From the NCBI RefSeq assembly GCF_011745625.1, contig NW_027191499.1, positions 1 to 64,000 on the forward strand: DNA of 64,000 nucleotides, in the 5' to 3' direction. Source of the DNA: Cladosporium halotolerans. Taxonomy: Eukaryota. Below are positions 62,003 to 64,000 of the stretch, piece by piece. A model generated the notes under the pieces. That model made no database searches and was not told the origin of the DNA. It was given only the letters and a program-made list of their open reading frames with translations. Position 1 is the first letter of the stretch. The number at the start of each line of letters is the position of its first letter. The position numbers and the translations under genes were made by a program.

Positions 62003-63165
62003 CGCGATGAAGGGCTTAGCAACCGGGACTGAGATTGAGCCATAAACGAAAATACAAAGCGGACTGCAACAAGCTGCTCTGCCACTGTGACGATGAAGCG
62101 ATGGAGAAGACGATGCACCTCTGGAGATCAGGCTGAGGGCATCATGCCAGCTGCTGAAGCGGCCTCGCTGCCTCTACTACATGCTCCATTCTCCCTACTC
62201 AGGCAGCATCGCTTAAGCAGGGCTTGCTTGCGCCACGCCCACTGGCTGACCACCTGCAGGGCGTCTCGGCTGAACAGCTCAGCTACGAGTACAGCTGAGC
62301 AAGGAAAGGCGCAGAAAGGCGTTCGTGCATCGGAGACCTCCCCCGGTCTAGATTTTGGTCGACCCGAACGATTTGCTGAAAGACCATGCGTGCAGGCAGC
62401 TTCCGGCTCTCGTGGCTAGACAAATTCCGTTCTTCGATCTTCGATCTTTCGCCTCAGATGATTCGAATAGAGTCTCAGTGAAACAAGCACCACCTCGAAG
62501 CCATAGAGCAGATAGTTGGTCTGGCTTTGACAAACTTCGCTCGTGTTCCAAACGCGGCAAGAGCAAAAGTAGACCAGGAGGCATACGCCGATCGCTAGGA
62601 TGTATCTAGTTTAGACGCAAGTCAGATTTGTGAGCTTGAGGCTGCTTCTGAATAACATACGAGACCAATTCAGAGAAGCTCAAAGGCTGGGTGTACCACA
62701 ATAACAAGTCGTTGAAGTCTTTCGTGAAAGACTTGGTGGACGAGTGTGCCTGTAGGCTTTCATCGAGGCGGGGTTGCTTTGTCGAGATCTCTGCGGTATT
62801 TGATGCTACCATCTTTCACTGATGGCGACGAGGAGACCGTGAGGAATTTGTGTACACGAAGAAATCCTCGTTTGGAAAATGAAGTTCGGAACAGCTTGAG
62901 TGGCAGGTGAGTGGTCGAGAAGATTGACATTCTCCAATGATGAAGCCGAAAAGCGACCGCAGGATTGTGCAATTTGTGGGTCTGACCCAGAATACTTGTA
63001 TAAGCGAGATGCCTTTTTGTGTTCAGTCAAACTTGGCTGGGAAAAATTCGAGAGAATGATCTATTGCCGCGAATCTAACAGGGTTATTGTCTCACGAAAA
63101 GTCCATACAAAGAGTGGACCATGCAAAAGCCGACGAAAGCATCTTCCACCGCGGACGCAGCCGCC

Positions 63166-64000
63166 TCACTTCAGCGACAACTCAATGTTCGGCACCAGAT
63201 ACGGCAGCACATCACCCCGGTGCATCGTCATCTGCTCATACGCATACGCATACCCGATCAAGTCCCGCTCCGACCACTTGGCTCCCATGAACGACAGACC
63301 GAACGGAATACTCGGCCCGCCAATCACCAGCGTGTCTCTGCTGTTCCTGGTCACGTTCCAGTCGCCAGGATAAAAGCCCATGGGTACAGTCACGACAGGA
63401 CTTCCCACCAGCGCCGCGATCGAAGGGCTGAGCTGCGTCGGCAGCAGCACGGCGGATGTGTTGGTACGCTCCAGCGCGCCGAGGATTCCGCCTTCGCCGC
63501 CGTAGTAGAGATTCGCTTGGTAGGCGTCCCAGAAGCGCGGGTCGGTGTTGTCCCAGCCTTGGGTTAGGGCGCCGTCGGCACCGTCCCAGATGGCCGTGTC
63601 GCGGTTGGGGTATTCCTCTGCCGGAAAAGCGTGCGTGAAGGCTGTGAGTTGGGCGAGGTCGGTGATGTTGTTGGGGTTGTAGGTCAGCGAGCTGAGATAG
63701 GTACGGAGGTTGGCCAGGAAGTCTGCGTTCAAGACGAGGGTGGAGTTGCCGTCTGAGAGGTAGTCTTCGAAGGCCGTGAAGTTCGCGTCGACGATTGTTG
63801 CGCCGGCGGCTTCGATTTCGGAGACGGCTTGGTGGAAGGCTTCAAGGACGGGCTCATCGACGGCAGAGCCGTAGAGATCGAGGACGTTGCGCGCTACGCC
63901 GATGCGGACGCCTTGCAGCGAGTCTTCCTTGCATGCAGAGACGTAATCGGGAATGGAGCCATTGTCGGGGATTGCAGACGTGTAGTTGTCATTGCTGTCA
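63166..64000 (-). CDS. Amidase signature family protein, C-terminal part (truncated by window end)
   Basis: GSPVVTVPMGF and PFGLSFMGAKWSERDLIGYAYAYEQ, typical of the C-terminus of fungal secreted amidases. Confidence 0.85.
   Translation of the reverse strand, partial: DSNDNYTSAIPDNGSIPDYVSACKEDSLQGVRIGVARNVLDLYGSAVDEPVLEAFHQAVSEIEAAGATIVDANFTAFEDYLSDGNSTLVLNADFLANLRTYLSSLTYNPNNITDLAQLTAFTHAFPAEEYPNRDTAIWDGADGALTQGWDNTDPRFWDAYQANLYYGGEGGILGALERTNTSAVLLPTQLSPSIAALVGSPVVTVPMGFYPGDWNVTRNSRDTLVIGGPSIPFGLSFMGAKWSERDLIGYAYAYEQMTMHRGDVLPYLVPNIELSLK

Noticed and set aside
62400..63030. Fragments resembling a BTB/POZ domain (RVHKFL..SSP; F..LL.WYTQ) on the minus strand
   Set aside because: Split across frames with too little similarity to call; at most a decayed pseudogene.

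Overview
Eukaryotic, intron-containing DNA from a filamentous ascomycete (gene content and intron signals are consistent with a Dothideomycete; inference). The left ~22 kb and right ~12 kb carry mostly housekeeping genes: a dispersed 5S rRNA, eisosome Pil1/Lsp1, a DHDPS-family aldolase, a cytochrome b5-domain protein, pyruvate kinase, a Pof10-like F-box protein, an LtrA-like membrane protein, a long coiled-coil protein and an amidase. The centre holds two adjacent catabolic clusters. (1) 25.8-32.9 kb: an anhydrosugar module with a sugar porter, a Zn2Cys6 regulator whose zinc cluster is split over micro-exons, an internally deleted DUF89/ARMT1 phosphatase pseudogene and a levoglucosan-kinase/AnmK-family kinase. 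(2) 34.6-48.4 kb: a seven-gene aromatic cluster (catechol 1,2-dioxygenase, 2,3-dihydroxybenzoate decarboxylase, FMO, SDR, IifA-like DLH-SnoaL protein, Zn2Cys6 regulator, FAD hydroxylase). I infer that cluster 2 encodes a complete fungal indole -> anthranilate -> 2,3-DHB -> catechol pathway. The catechol dioxygenase gene appears to need a non-canonical AT-AC intron. All exon boundaries were read by eye and family calls come from recalled motifs, not database searches.
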